Shown one piece after another: positions 51,120-62,231 of a stretch of DNA of 64,000 bases (the stretch's first letter is position 1; every line of letters begins with the position of its first letter). Origin of the DNA: Macrostomum lignano (lineage: Eukaryota); assembly GCA_002269645.1 (NCBI GenBank), contig NIVC01003755.1:1-64000 (forward strand). The letters run 5' to 3'. Under the pieces are notes generated by a model. The model was given only the letters and a program-made list of their open reading frames with translations, was not told where the DNA came from and did no database searches. A program made the translations under genes and the position numbers.

Positions 51120-51845
51120 TCAGTCCCAGCGGCAGTTCATGAAGCGTATCGGCGGGTGCCTGGCTCGCTCAGATCGGCGGGGCGCTGCTGTTCTTGCCGG
51201 AGGCTCCGCCGCCGGTGCCGCCGGTGCCGCCGTGCCGGCTCCGGTCGTTGGCGCCGAGTCCACCAGTGGGTCGAACCGCTCTCTCGGCTGCGCCGGGTGC
51301 GGTGTTCGGATCAGCCGCTGCTGGTTCCATCTGGTGCCGTCGCTGAGCTCGACCGCGTGGTGTCCCGCCTGACGGAGCACTTGTAGTGGCCGTGAGAGGC
51401 GGGTACCCAGCTTGCCCTTCTTGGTGGGCCGTCGGATTCTCACCCAATCGCCGGGGTGGAACGTCTCGGGGCGGGCCCTTCGTCTGGCATCGGTGTAGGC
51501 CTTGATCCGCTGCTGCCGCGCCTCGATTTGCTGCCGCAGTGCCTGAGGCGTCGCCTCGGTCATTGTCATTCCCCCTCCGGGAGACAGCATGGTGATCGCG
51601 GTGCGCCACTTCCGACCCAGCATGAGCTCGGCCGGTGACTTGCCCGTCAGGCTGTGCTTGGAGCTCCGGTAGGCAGACAAGAAGTTGGTCACGGCGTCTT
51701 GAAACGGCCTGTTCTCCACCATGGCCGCTCTGATGCTGGCGAGTAGCGACCGATTGAGACGCTCCGTCTGGCCGTTGGTCTGCGGATGGTAGAGGCTGGT
51801 CTTGACGTGCCGGATGCCCTGCTCGGCCAAGAAGTCCGAGAACTC
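51120..51845 (-). pseudogene. Integrase core C-terminal half (no start codon, out of frame with gag)
   Basis: EFSDFLAEQGIRHVKTSLYHPQTNGQTERLNRSLL...FLSAYRSSKHSLTGKSPAELMLGR...FHPGDWVRI. Confidence 0.85.
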
Positions 51846-53232
51846 GCTCGATGATGCCGTCCTTCTCTATCTTGTCGAGTTCGGCACCGACCTGCTCCTG
51901 TCGCATGAGGGGCAGGCGACAGAGTGGCTGCTGGACGGGTCGCGCTGCTGGGTCGACCTTGGGCTGGTGTAAAGCGCCGGCGCAGCATCCTATCGCACCG
52001 CTGAAGGTCGTTGGGTACCGCGCCTGCAAGTCCGCCGTCAAGTCGCTGACCTTCGCGATTCCGGGTGGCTGCCCGCTAAGGTCGACTCGGAAGCCCAGCT
52101 TCTCCATCAGGTCTCTACCGACGATGTTGTCGCCGCCTGGCGCAACGAAGAACCGGTGCTGCATCGCCTTGTCGCCGTAGCGCACCTCCAGCTCGGTGAC
52201 ACCACTTAGCTGGATCGGCAGTCCACCGTAGGCACACAGCTTCGTCGTGGTGGGAGAGGTGACTGCACCTGAGATCCGGTCGGCGGTCTGTCGGGACAGC
52301 AGCGACACCCTTGCGCCGCAGTCCACCATCAGGCTGACAGCGGTCCTGTCCGGTCCGAGTTCCAGCGTCGCCCGGACCTCCCTGTCGCCACCCGGCACTG
52401 CGTAGACTGTGATCACCTCGTCCGCGGCATTGACAGCAGCCTGCTGGCTGCGACAGCAACTCCGGAAGTGGTTCTTCTTGCCACAAGCGTCGCATGTCTT
52501 GCCCTTGGCCGGACAGGGGGTCGTCGGTCCGTGGTCTCGCCCACAGCGTGTGCAGGCGCCGCCGGGTTTGGCCGTCCTGCCAGCTGGTGCTGGGCGGTGC
52601 CTCCCCTTTGCAGCGACCTTCTGGCCCCTCGGCTGTCGGATCGATTGGACGGCTGCCGTGCTCGAGGTTGATGGCGCCATCGCCTTGGCTTCTTTGGAGG
52701 CTTCCTCGATGGAGACCGCGATGCTGAGCGCTTTCGCCAGGTTGAGGTCCTCCACCTTCTCCGTCAGCAGCCTCTCTCGGATTCTGGGGTTACTGGTCTT
52801 CTCAGCCAGCTGGTCTCTGATGAGATCGTCCTGTATCGCGCCGTAGTTGCACAGCTCCGTCAGCTCCCTCAGGGCTGCCACGAAGGTCTTGACGTCCTCG
52901 CCGGGTAGCTGCTGGCGCTGGCGGAAGCGATATCTGGCTACCATCACGTTGGGCTTCTCGCCGAAGATCTTCTCGAGCTCCGCCTTAGTTGCTGCGAACG
53001 TGTCGTTCTCCTTGATTGCTTGGCGTGCTCGAGCAACCCGCTGACCTTCAAATCCAAGCAGATGGAGCAGAAGGCTCCTCTTCAGCGGTTTCGCCTCTTC
53101 CTTCCCTTCGGGCTCCTTGAATTGGGCCGCCTCGTAATAAAATTCAAAGGCCTCAATCCATCGGCTCCATGGTACTGTCGGTGATCCGCAGTTCGCCAGG
53201 AAGGGCGTGGGTGCAGGGATGCTAGCCGCCAT
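51169..53232 (-). CDS. Gag-protease polyprotein with RT N-terminus, fused out of frame at the deletion
   Basis: ATG at 53232 inside the PBS; retrotransposon Gag (RYRFRQRQQLPGEDVKTFVAALRELTELCNYG...IRDQL), two zinc knuckles, aspartic protease, RT start (PVQQPLCRLPL...ELDKIEKDGIIERV), then a non-homologous tail. Confidence 0.85.
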   Translation of the reverse strand: MAASIPAPTPFLANCGSPTVPWSRWIEAFEFYYEAAQFKEPEGKEEAKPLKRSLLLHLLGFEGQRVARARQAIKENDTFAATKAELEKIFGEKPNVMVARYRFRQRQQLPGEDVKTFVAALRELTELCNYGAIQDDLIRDQLAEKTSNPRIRERLLTEKVEDLNLAKALSIAVSIEEASKEAKAMAPSTSSTAAVQSIRQPRGQKVAAKGRHRPAPAGRTAKPGGACTRCGRDHGPTTPCPAKGKTCDACGKKNHFRSCCRSQQAAVNAADEVITVYAVPGGDREVRATLELGPDRTAVSLMVDCGARVSLLSRQTADRISGAVTSPTTTKLCAYGGLPIQLSGVTELEVRYGDKAMQHRFFVAPGGDNIVGRDLMEKLGFRVDLSGQPPGIAKVSDLTADLQARYPTTFSGAIGCCAGALHQPKVDPAARPVQQPLCRLPLMRQEQVGAELDKIEKDGIIERVLGLLGRAGHPARQDQPLPSADQRPDGASQSVATRQHQSGHGGEQAVSRRRDQLLVCLPELQAQPDGQVTGRAHAGSEVAHRDHHAVSRRGNDNDRGDASGTAAANRGAAAADQGLHRCQTKGPPRDVPPRRLGENPTAHQEGQAGYPPLTATTSAPSGGTPRGRAQRRHQMEPAAADPNTAPGAAERAVRPTGGLGANDRSRHGGTGGTGGGASGKNSSAPPI

Positions 53233-53243
53233 CCTCGTCGCCA
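53229..53243 (-). other. Primer binding site TGGCGACGAGGATGG, complementary to the 3' end of tRNA-Ser(GCU)
   Basis: Lies 1 nt inside the 5' LTR; complement CCATCCTCGTCGCCA matches the animal tRNA-Ser(GCU) 3' end as I recall it. Confidence 0.8.
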
Positions 53244-53244
53244 A

Positions 53245-53493
53245 TGTTCTGTTGTGGAATTAACGAACGCAGAAACAAGATAGATAATTATCCGGGCGCT
53301 CAGTGGCACCAAAAGAAGGGGTTGGCCAATAGGAGGGCGGCTCGTATATTTATGCACGCGGGGAAGGAAAGTTCTAGAAAGACCGGGGAAGGAAACTTCT
53401 GGAACTATGCGTAAACAAGTCCGCGGTGGAAGTTTCTAGAAACGCTGTCCCCGAACTACCCCTACGCCTCGCATGCCTTTGCAATACACAACA
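53245..53493 (-). repeat. 5' LTR (249 bp)
   Basis: TG...CA, matches the 3' LTR, flanked by PBS and TSD. Confidence 0.95.
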
Positions 53494-54109
53494 GAACCAA
53501 TCAGGCGAACTGTGCCATCAACATGGAAGATTTAATGTACATGCATGTACATATATAAAGATATAGCCTTCTTTCTCTCTTGCGCTGCCCTTGGGTGTGG
53601 TCAGCCCAGTCTCCCATTGCTCTCATCATATCCTAATTTTTTAATCTTGACTTACGAATTCCGTGTTTTAATAAATTAACCGAGCGGTTAAGGCCAAGGG
53701 CCAGTAATTCAGGGCATTATAGTCATTCAACTCCTTTTGTTTCTGTCTGTTTCACTATGAGTCGAAATGTGGAGTAGTGAGTGCACCGGTCGCAGGGCTA
53801 GGTCTAGAAGTCCTTGCGCAAGGCATGGAATAAAAGCTGAATCAGAGTGTGAGCCGAATTCACCAAATAGTCATACCAGTAATACTTCTAAATAAGTCTC
53901 TGTAGGATGTACATATGTACATCATGATCAGAGACCTGTAGTCTAGCTGGGACCTGCACTTCCCCATCCCTCGCCGCATAGAACCTGTATCTACAAGTAG
54001 GAGGAAAACAATTACACATAACGCATGCACGTAAGACCGAAGTGCTAATAAACGATGCCGCAAACAATCCGCTTGCCGAGATTCTGCTCGAGTATGCTGA
54101 CAGCTGAAG

Positions 54110-54330
54110 CCGCTCCTGAGGAGCCGTCAGTTAATTTATCTCGGCGGCCTCGTGCCGGACGTGGGCGAGGAGCTCGCGCTAGGGAAAGCTCAGGCTGCCT
54201 CTCAATCTGTCCGGTTGGTGCTGCACTCAGAGGTCCTGACTGACGGCGCCAGACCGCAGCGCTTCCACTACAGATGCCCGCGTCCTTCTCCACGACAAGA
54301 TTTATGATCGGCCGCAGTGGATTCCCATGC
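54110..54330 (+). pseudogene. Degenerate RTE LINE fragment, same family as 23936-25505
   Basis: QLIYLGGLVPDVGEELALGKAQAASQSVRLVLHSEVL aligns to QQFVYLGGLVPDVRKDLRRRRGLAWAAFRSVRVVLQSEAL. Confidence 0.75.
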
Positions 54331-55373
54331 AGTCGCCTATAGTTTGAACTACATGTGGTGTATAGCCGCCTCGATAGCTTTTTTACAGCAATTTGAGGCT
54401 CGTCGTCAGTCACAACGACATCAAATGCCGCCTCTTAGACAATTTGCACGATCATGCATTATAGCTTGTATACTCGTACATATTTTTGCCTGGCAGCGAA
54501 AAAAACTTCGATCAAACGGGAAACCTGCCTTGCCCTTATATATTAATGCCCTTTTTTTTCGAACACAAATATTCTCGACACATTCCCTGGCGAGGGCAGT
54601 AGACTGATTTCGTGCTGTCTGCAGGCTTCGTGTTGTCTTAATTCCTCTGTTCCTTCTTCTGCCTTAATTTTTATTTTAATGTTAAAAAGGCAAAAAACGC
54701 TAGCTTTGCTACTAAAAAAGGAGTACATGCAGATGAGCGCATTTTTGGAGTACAATATCTAGATATTTTAGTTATGCAAAATCTATACGAAGCTAAAAAG
54801 TGTCCGAAATGCATTTTTTGCATTTGAGTTAAAAATATCAAACAAAACCAGAGTCAATCATTTTTTGGTTCAAACAAAGACTGAAAAAAACTGTAGCGAA
54901 AACCAAATTGATGCCCAGTTTCGATGCCATTTTCTTGTTTATTTCTAGGTTGGCGCGGTAAACCTTCAAGATGAACAGCTGGTTAAATTAGACAAAAAGG
55001 GTTAGTAGCAAAATTTATATAGCGACCTTCTGTGACTCTTATAGACAAGAGAGGCTTTTAAATCGGTAGCTGATGACCAAGACTCGGTGGCAAGTAAGTA
55101 AAGTGAAATATTTTAGTGAGAATTTTTTTAGGTTTCGCAATACTATTAATATCAATACTATCCTATAGCTTTAGTTGTCCAGTTGGCCAATTGTGATTGA
55201 ATGAGAACTTGCAGGATGATATTACACGAGACTAAAAACCGAATTTCGGTGAGCACTGGGCACAGTCACGAGTTTCTGAAGGACAGTAATTTTTTATTAT
55301 CTATTAATACTCTGCAGCAAAATTAACTAGAATTTGAAACCAATTTGCCTATCAGGGCATTAGCTCAGCCGAT

Positions 55374-55703
55374 TTACTTGGTGGAACTCTTCAGATAGGC
55401 GATGAGATCGGCGCGTTCCTGCTCCTTCTTGAGGCCGGCGAACACCATCTTTGTGCCGGGTATGTACTTCTTGGGATTCAGCAAGTACTCGAAGAGGGTC
55501 TCCTCGCCCCAGGTGATACCCTTGCTCTTGTTGGCGTCCGTGTAGGAGAATCCGGCCGCTTGGCCAGTTTTACGGCCAAACAGGCCATGCAGGTTTGGCC
55601 CAGTCTTGTGGCCGCCGCCCTTCTCAACAGTGTGGCACTGCAGGCAGCGCTGGATGAAAATCTTCTTGCCCTTCTCAACATCGCCATTGGGAATTTTGCC
55701 CAT
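55374..55703 (-). CDS. CYCS: Cytochrome c (mitochondrial type, intronless CDS, 109 aa)
   Basis: [10 protein letters not shown], heme motif [39 protein letters not shown] (axial Met). Confidence 0.98.
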   Translation of the reverse strand: MGKIPNGDVEKGKKIFIQRCLQCHTVEKGGGHKTGPNLHGLFGRKTGQAAGFSYTDANKSKGITWGEETLFEYLLNPKKYIPGTKMVFAGLKKEQERADLIAYLKSSTK

Positions 55704-57268
55704 TGTGTCTGAGTGCAGGCTTGCATCAAATTTGAATTTGGTAGCATAAATATGATTGAATAGTTATAAAGTATCAATGAAAAAACATTAATTAAAAACT
55801 ATGGTTAATTGTACTATTTATTAATGTTAATGGGCAGATAATGAGAGGACTTAAAAAGATGAAGCTTTGCTAATTTTGGATAAGGAGGCAAATTGCAACT
55901 ACTAATACTTAGCTGCCAGCTAATGTACTTAGCTGCCATATACCACTTCTATATATTTTCCTTCCTGTTTTGCTATATCATTCCTATAGAAAACACAATA
56001 GATCCTAATAGCCTTAGCTTAAGTTAAGAGTGAAATCAAGATTTTATTGCATTTATACTTATAATAGTTATTTAGATGATGCAGTTTTATAGTATATAGA
56101 ATCCAGTCAATTTTGCTTGATTTTACTTTTATTAACTTTATTTAAAGCCAATTTAATTGGTAAAACTTTCTTTCTAAATGCAGACAAGTGCATTCCTGTT
56201 TTTCTTTAGATAGCCTTATTTAATGATCAATAAGTTGAATGTTTCAAATAATTGACAAATTATTATTAATCTGACAAAAAATTCTACACAAAAATTGATA
56301 TATAAACTCGAAAATAGAATAAATTGAAACTTGGGGTTCAACTTTTTTATAATAATTAGCAGCTTGAGGGGCAATAGTATATAGAAATAGTATATTGAAA
56401 TTAAAAAATTCAAATTGTAGTTGCATAAATAATAGCATAAAACTATTTTTTTTTCGTCAATAATACATCAAAGTCCACATTATGCCTTCAATGTATCCAA
56501 CCCGATAGGTAATCAGGTTTATATTGAAATTCTTATCTAGCCACAATATTTTAAAATTGAATCAACATTTCAAGTAATATTTCGCAATTGTCGGAACTAA
56601 CTCAAGTCTCACTCGAACAAGACACTTAGACAAGATACTAGTACACAACCAGTAAATTTTACTTCTGCTTGGCAATTTTTATTTTTAATGATACACTTAG
56701 GGAGCTGGCCTAACCCTAGGAAAAATTGGCGTATTTGATATACAAATTATAATGGGCCCGCGATAATTATAACTATACAGTTAAAAATTAAGAACAGGTT
56801 TTATATATGTTTACTTTAATTTGTTTCAGCATATAAATGAAGCAATTTTTCTGTAAAACCAAAAAGTTATTGCTAAATGCGCAGTCTTTTATTTTTTTAT
56901 TAAAAACATTTGTTAAGGCGCTTTAATAACGAAATCGTACGGCCTTTATTGCAAAAAATAGTTCCAATGCACTGATAGCTTTATCCAATCGACTTATTGA
57001 AGTTATTGTCAATATTTTAACTCGCTTGTAGCCTAGACTGTTAGCAGTCAGCTGCTGGGAGCAACCCATTTATTAAAAGTTAACAAGTTTAAATAATTAG
57101 CAAAGCAGTGGATGGTGTTATTTCTGTTATTATTTCTGTTACCTACTACGCACTCCTTGTTTTTAATTCGTCCGTAAAGTTACACTAAGTACACGTGCAA
57201 GCTTATATCTAAAACTGCATGCATGTACCACTGAAGTATAATATTCAAAATTAAAATAATGATCATAC

Positions 57269-57472
57269 TGTTGTGTATTGCAAAGGCATGCAATGCGAAG
57301 GGAAAGTTCGGGGACAAGGGTTTCTAGAAACTTCCACAGCAGGACTTGTTTACGCATTGTTCCAGAAGTTTCCTCTCCCCGTCTTTCTAGAAATTTCCTT
57401 CCCCGCGTGCATAAATATACGATCGAGCCGCCCTCCTATTGGCCAAGCCCTCTTTGGTGCCACTGAGCGCCC
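57269..57472 (+). mobile_element. Diverged solo/partial LTR related to the LTRs at 50823 and 53245, in opposite orientation
   Basis: tgttgtgtattgcaaaggcatgc...tttctagaaacttccac...ccccgcgtgcataaatatacg...ccctcctattggccaa...ttggtgccactgagcgccc aligns to the LTR with substitutions and indels; the last ~50 bp do not align. Confidence 0.85.
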
Positions 57473-59129
57473 CTGCAGATTTATAATTTTCTCTTCTTTT
57501 TTCCTCTTTATCGCATTGAAAATTTTGTGTAGAGTCATGATGGTGCTCATAAAATTTAGCGACGCTAGCTTTTTCTCTTTAATTTACGGCTCTAAATTTT
57601 GTCACCCACTTGAGTGGCATCCGCTTTGACAACTCAATATTCAAATTTTTACGACCTTCTATTTTTCAATACTCTCTTGATTTTTCCCTCTTGCATGTAT
57701 TTATAATATTGATTAGGGGATCGCTAAGTTTTTGAGTATTTGTTATAGTTTTCTTTATTCCTTTCCCTAAGATAACTTAGTCACCCATGCAGTGCCATTT
57801 TCCTTTGTTTGATTTCGATCAGTTTTTTTCGTCGACAACTGTCGGTGTGGACGTCCAAGCTTTAAAACTGAAACGAAGTTTACAAAAAGTCGATGCAACC
57901 AATTAGCCGCGGTACGATAAATTTAGTAAAAGAGGTGTTTACTCCAGTGCAGGTTTGTGAACTTTTGCTTAGAAAATTGAAGAGATTCCATCAGCTGTTT
58001 TCATTTTTCCATGTACATATGTAAAACATGCCAGAGTTCATGCTTCGATCAATTCAAGCAAGGTGAAAGGATTAGTCTAACTAACCTGTTTTGTACCGGT
58101 CTTACCTGTGCTATGTTGTGCATATAAGTGCGCCCTGTTGTCACTGTGTGACTGCGTCTCTCGTGTCTCGATCTTCTTTCTTGTTTCTGGCTTTCTCCAT
58201 AGAAGTCTCAAGTCTGCGCTTGGCACAGGTGCAGCCACTTTACTGAATTATGAAAGTAAAAAATTGGTGCGTCTTAAACTTTGGGGGCCATCGGCCGATA
58301 CCATCACAGGCTACCGCAATACTGACTATACTTTGTGAGTGAACTAGCGGCCAAAAACTACAATCAGCCTATAACAGCTGTCACAGAAAATGGGATTTGG
58401 GGATGAGCTGCTGCTCCAGGTTCTGCTCCTGGGTCTCCTTGGTTAAGCTATACCCACAAAGACCCCACCTCCTATAGTTCAACACATGCAGGATGCTGTG
58501 TTGCCCGCACGGCCCTATGCAACCCGAAGCCAAGGCAGTTCATCAGGAGCTGGCATTCTGCATGCGGCTTGTGCATCAAATGAGCCGGTGGCAGTGCAAG
58601 CTGTGACGGGGGAAGGGAGTAGAAGGGGTTAGAAATGCAGGTGAGCTGCGCCTACTATATATAGTAGCAAGCTGGAAACTAAAAAAGCAGGGATGTGACG
58701 CTTAGGCACCAGGAATTGAAAGCAAATCCTAACCGCGTACATTTGTACACCGCTGGACGAAATTTTCTTCCACAAGCCGCGTTACCTGGCGAATGAGAAA
58801 GTTGAGGCAGGCTATACTTTGAGAGGAGAAAGAATCGAAGTGAATGGGGCGAGGATGCGGAGAGGCAAATTTCTTTCTCGGGTTATCAATAAGCCACATC
58901 CCAGGAGATTTTGAGTCGCCCAAACTTGACAAGAAATTTCCGCTACCTATAGCTAACCCCCTTAGTTGAAGTCAGCATCAACCAAGTCCTCAGACAGGTA
59001 AGTGTCAATACAAAGTATTATAATTGTTGGGAAATTTGCCTCTATAATCAAACAAATCCCGCCTTTTGAATATTTGCCTCGGAGATTGTGCATAGACATT
59101 CTCCGAGTTTCAGTAAGATTATGTATAAG

Positions 59130-59800
59130 ATATTCTATGGGTTTGAGGTCATCATCAAATGACAATGATCAATGAAATGATCGAATGAGTATTTCATCGG
59201 CTCTCGGGATTTAATCACATACCGACCTCAAACCCATAGAATATCTTATTTAAACTACTTTAATTTTGCGGGATGTATTCAGATAAATCCCGGAGCCATA
59301 CTTGTATGTCTATGGTTGAAGTTAGGGATGGGGGTGTGGGGGCGAAGTCCCTGCTGGGGGTGTGGGGGCAAAGCCCCCACATTCTTAACATAGACAAAAT
59401 TTCATTAAGAAATTTCTCGAGTCACGAAGGAAGAGAAGAGAGAAGCTCGCTTATTTAGATACATACAATAATCCTTGCTATATGTCCGGGAAAGTGATCG
59501 ATGAAATCTCGAAAAATAAAATCTATGTCAATAACCTCCCTGAAAGTGAGCTTTAAAGTGGTTTAATGAAATGTATCCCACTTTGCCTGTACGCCTTGTC
59601 TACGTCGCTGGTGTTTTGCTAGCGGAGATTCTCACTAAGTAACCTCCGCTGCCATAGACAAAAAATTAACGCCGTGAGCAGGAGTGAGGTTGATTGAACA
59701 CTTTCTTCTACCATAGACAAAACGTGTTCCGCAAATACAGGGAGCGGAGAATACTCATAATCTCCGCGAATCTAGTCAATATTCTCCGCTCCTTGCATTC
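59130..59800. mobile_element. Third cluster of CCATAGAC/GTCTATGG-delimited modules
   Basis: Exact 8-mers at 59308, 59652 and 59711; taccatagacaaaa at 59709-59722; tatgtctatggttgaa shared with 20965. Confidence 0.5.
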
Positions 59801-60534
59801 GTGGGATACTGCATATCTAGAGCTCTATACGAGTATAAGAAAGGCAAGACACATCAAAAGATGAACACTGTGTTTCCCTTGCACGAGCTACCAAAGGCAA
59901 TAACCATTTTTGTGCTGAAAAATAAAAACCATCATCCATTCTCATCGTGTATTTTTTCGCGGTCAAGCCTGCCTCCTAAAATGTTCCAAGATACCTACTT
60001 TCCCGTCCTTCTACTAGAGCAGTCCTGGTAAAGAATGCGTTATTTGCATCTACATGCAGCTCTTGCGGTTCTTTTCGAAAAGAGAACTCCGGCTTGGCAG
60101 TCAATGGTGTCTGATACTATTTTCACTATTTTTCTGTCCCTTTGCACATATCAAGAGTGAATTATACAATTTACATGTAAAAGCGGGCAGGCGTGCCAGC
60201 CAGAGTTTCGACTGCCCAGTCTGGAGGTTGGGGGGGGGCTCGCGAAAAGGGCAGAGTCAATAAAGCAGGGGTCCAAGCCAACCCGAGGAGGACTTGCTCG
60301 TACATAGCTTTTATTCATGGCGGCCAAATGTTAGAAGCGTACTTGGAAATAATAGAAAAGAGACTACAGAAATTAAAAGAAATGTAAAAATTTACGTCTT
60401 GAAAAGGTCGTAAATGAGTCAGAGAGCCAAATCAGTTGGTAAGGCAGCTTGTTTGTTAATTTGATTTTGATAGGCACTAGCTCGTATAAGTATTCAGCCT
60501 TGTTGGTTGCTAGCTTGGTTGGCATTTATGCAGA

Positions 60535-62128
60535 TTGGGTGGTTGGTTGATAGAGATGGGTATTAGGTAGATTGGGTGGCTGGTTGGTAGAGATGGGTAT
60601 TAGGTAGGTTGGGTGGTTGGTTGGTAGAGATGGGTATTAGGTAGATTGGGTGGCTGGTTGGTAGAGATGGGTATTAGGTAGATTGGGTGGCTGGTTGGTA
60701 GAGATGGGTATTAGTAGGTAGGTTGGGTGGCTGGTTGGTAGAGATGGGTATTAGTAGGTAGATTGGGTGGCTGGTTGGTAGAGATGGGTATTAGTAGGTA
60801 GGTTGGGTGGCTGGTTGGTAGAGATGGGTATTAGGTAGGTTGGGTGGTTGGTTGGTAGAGATGGGTATTAGGTAGATTGGGTGGCTGGTTGGTAGAGATG
60901 GGTATTAGGTAGATTGGGTGGCTGGTTGGTAGAGATGGGTATTAGTAGGTAGGGTGGCTGGTTGGTAGAGATGGGTATTAGTAGGTAGGTTGGGTGGCTG
61001 GTTGGTAGAGATGGGTATTAGGTAGATTGGGTGGCTGGTTGGTAGAGATGGGTATTAGGTAGATTGGGTGGCTGGTTGGTAGAGATGGGTATTAGTAGGT
61101 AGATTGGGTGGTTGGTTGGTAGAGATGGGTATTAGTAGGTAGGTTGGGTGGCTGGTTGGTAGAGATGGGTATTAGTAGGTAGGTTGGGTGGCTGGTTGGT
61201 AGAGATGGGTATTAGGTAGGTTGGGTGGCTGGTTGGTAGAGATGGGTATTAGTAGGTAGGGTGGCTGGTTGGTAGAGATGGGTATTAGTAGGTAGGTTGG
61301 GTGGCTGGTTGGTAGAGATGGGTATTAGGTAGGTTGGGTGGCTGGTTGGTAGAGATGGGTATTAGGTAGGTTGGGTGGCTGGTTGGTAGAGATGGGTATT
61401 AGTAGGTAGATTGGGTGGTTGGTTGGTAGAGATGGGTATTAGTAGGTAGGTTGGGTGGCTGGTTGGTAGAGATGGGTATTAGGTAGGTTGGGTGGCTGGT
61501 TGGTAGAGATGGGTATTAGGTAGGTTGGGTGGTTGGTTGGTAGAGATGGGTATTAGGTAGATTGGGTGGTTGGTTGGTAGAGATGGGTATTAGTAGGTAG
61601 GTTGGGTGGTTGGTTGGTAGAGATGGGTATTAGTAGGTAGGTTGGGTGGCTGGTTGGTAGAGATGGGTATTAGGTAGGTTGGGTGGCTGGTTGGTAGAGA
61701 TGGGTATTAGTAGGTAGGGTGGCTGGTTGGTAGAGATGGGTATTAGTAGGTAGGTTGGGTGGCTGGTTGGTAGAGATGGGTATTAGGTAGGTTGGGTGGC
61801 TGGTTGGTAGAGATGGGTATTAGGTAGGTTGGGTGGTTGGTTGGTAGAGATGGGTATTAGGTAGATTGGGTGGTTGGTTGGTAGAGATGGGTATTAGTAG
61901 GTAGGTTGGGTGGTTGGTTGGTAGAGATGGGTATTAGTAGGTAGGTTGGGTGGCTGGTTGGTAGAGATGGGTATTAGGTAGGTTGGGTGGCTGGTTGGTA
62001 GAGATGGGTATTAGGTAGATTGGGTGGCTGGTTGGTAGAGATGGGTATTAGTAGGTAGGTTGGGTGGTTGGTTGGTAGAGATGGGTATTAGTAGGTAGAT
62101 TGGGTGGCTGGTTGGTAGAGATGGGTAT
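60535..62128. repeat. G/T-rich minisatellite, 37/40-bp units (ggtagagatgggtattaggtaggttgggtggctggtt)
   Basis: Visible tandem array upstream of the GT32 start codon. Confidence 0.96.
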
Positions 62129-62231
62129 TTAATCTGATAAGCATTCAGTCAGTCAGCTGGTCGGTCACAGCATTCACGATCCGTTTCCGCAGTTTGACTC
62201 AGACTGATCCTACTATTGTTGGTCTACGCGA

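Larger units (their letters stand above)
50823..53493 (-). mobile_element. Young internally deleted Ty3/Gypsy LTR retrotransposon (2671 bp): intact gag-protease, RT-RNase H-integrase N-terminus deleted
   Basis: 249-bp TG...CA LTRs at 50823-51071 and 53245-53493, apparently identical; TSD gaacc (50818-50822 / 53494-53498); PBS; PPT; CCHC knuckles CTRCGRDH and CDACGKKNHFRSCC; protease LMVDCGARVSLL; deletion junction near 51853. Confidence 0.96.

Noticed and set aside
52409-52846. Plus-strand ORFs antisense to gag (also 51004, 51851, 52468, 52847)
   Set aside because: Shadow ORFs of GC-rich retrotransposon coding sequence.
55478-55777. Overlapping 99-aa ORF on cytochrome c
   Set aside because: Alternative frame of a GC-rich CDS; no recognisable motif.
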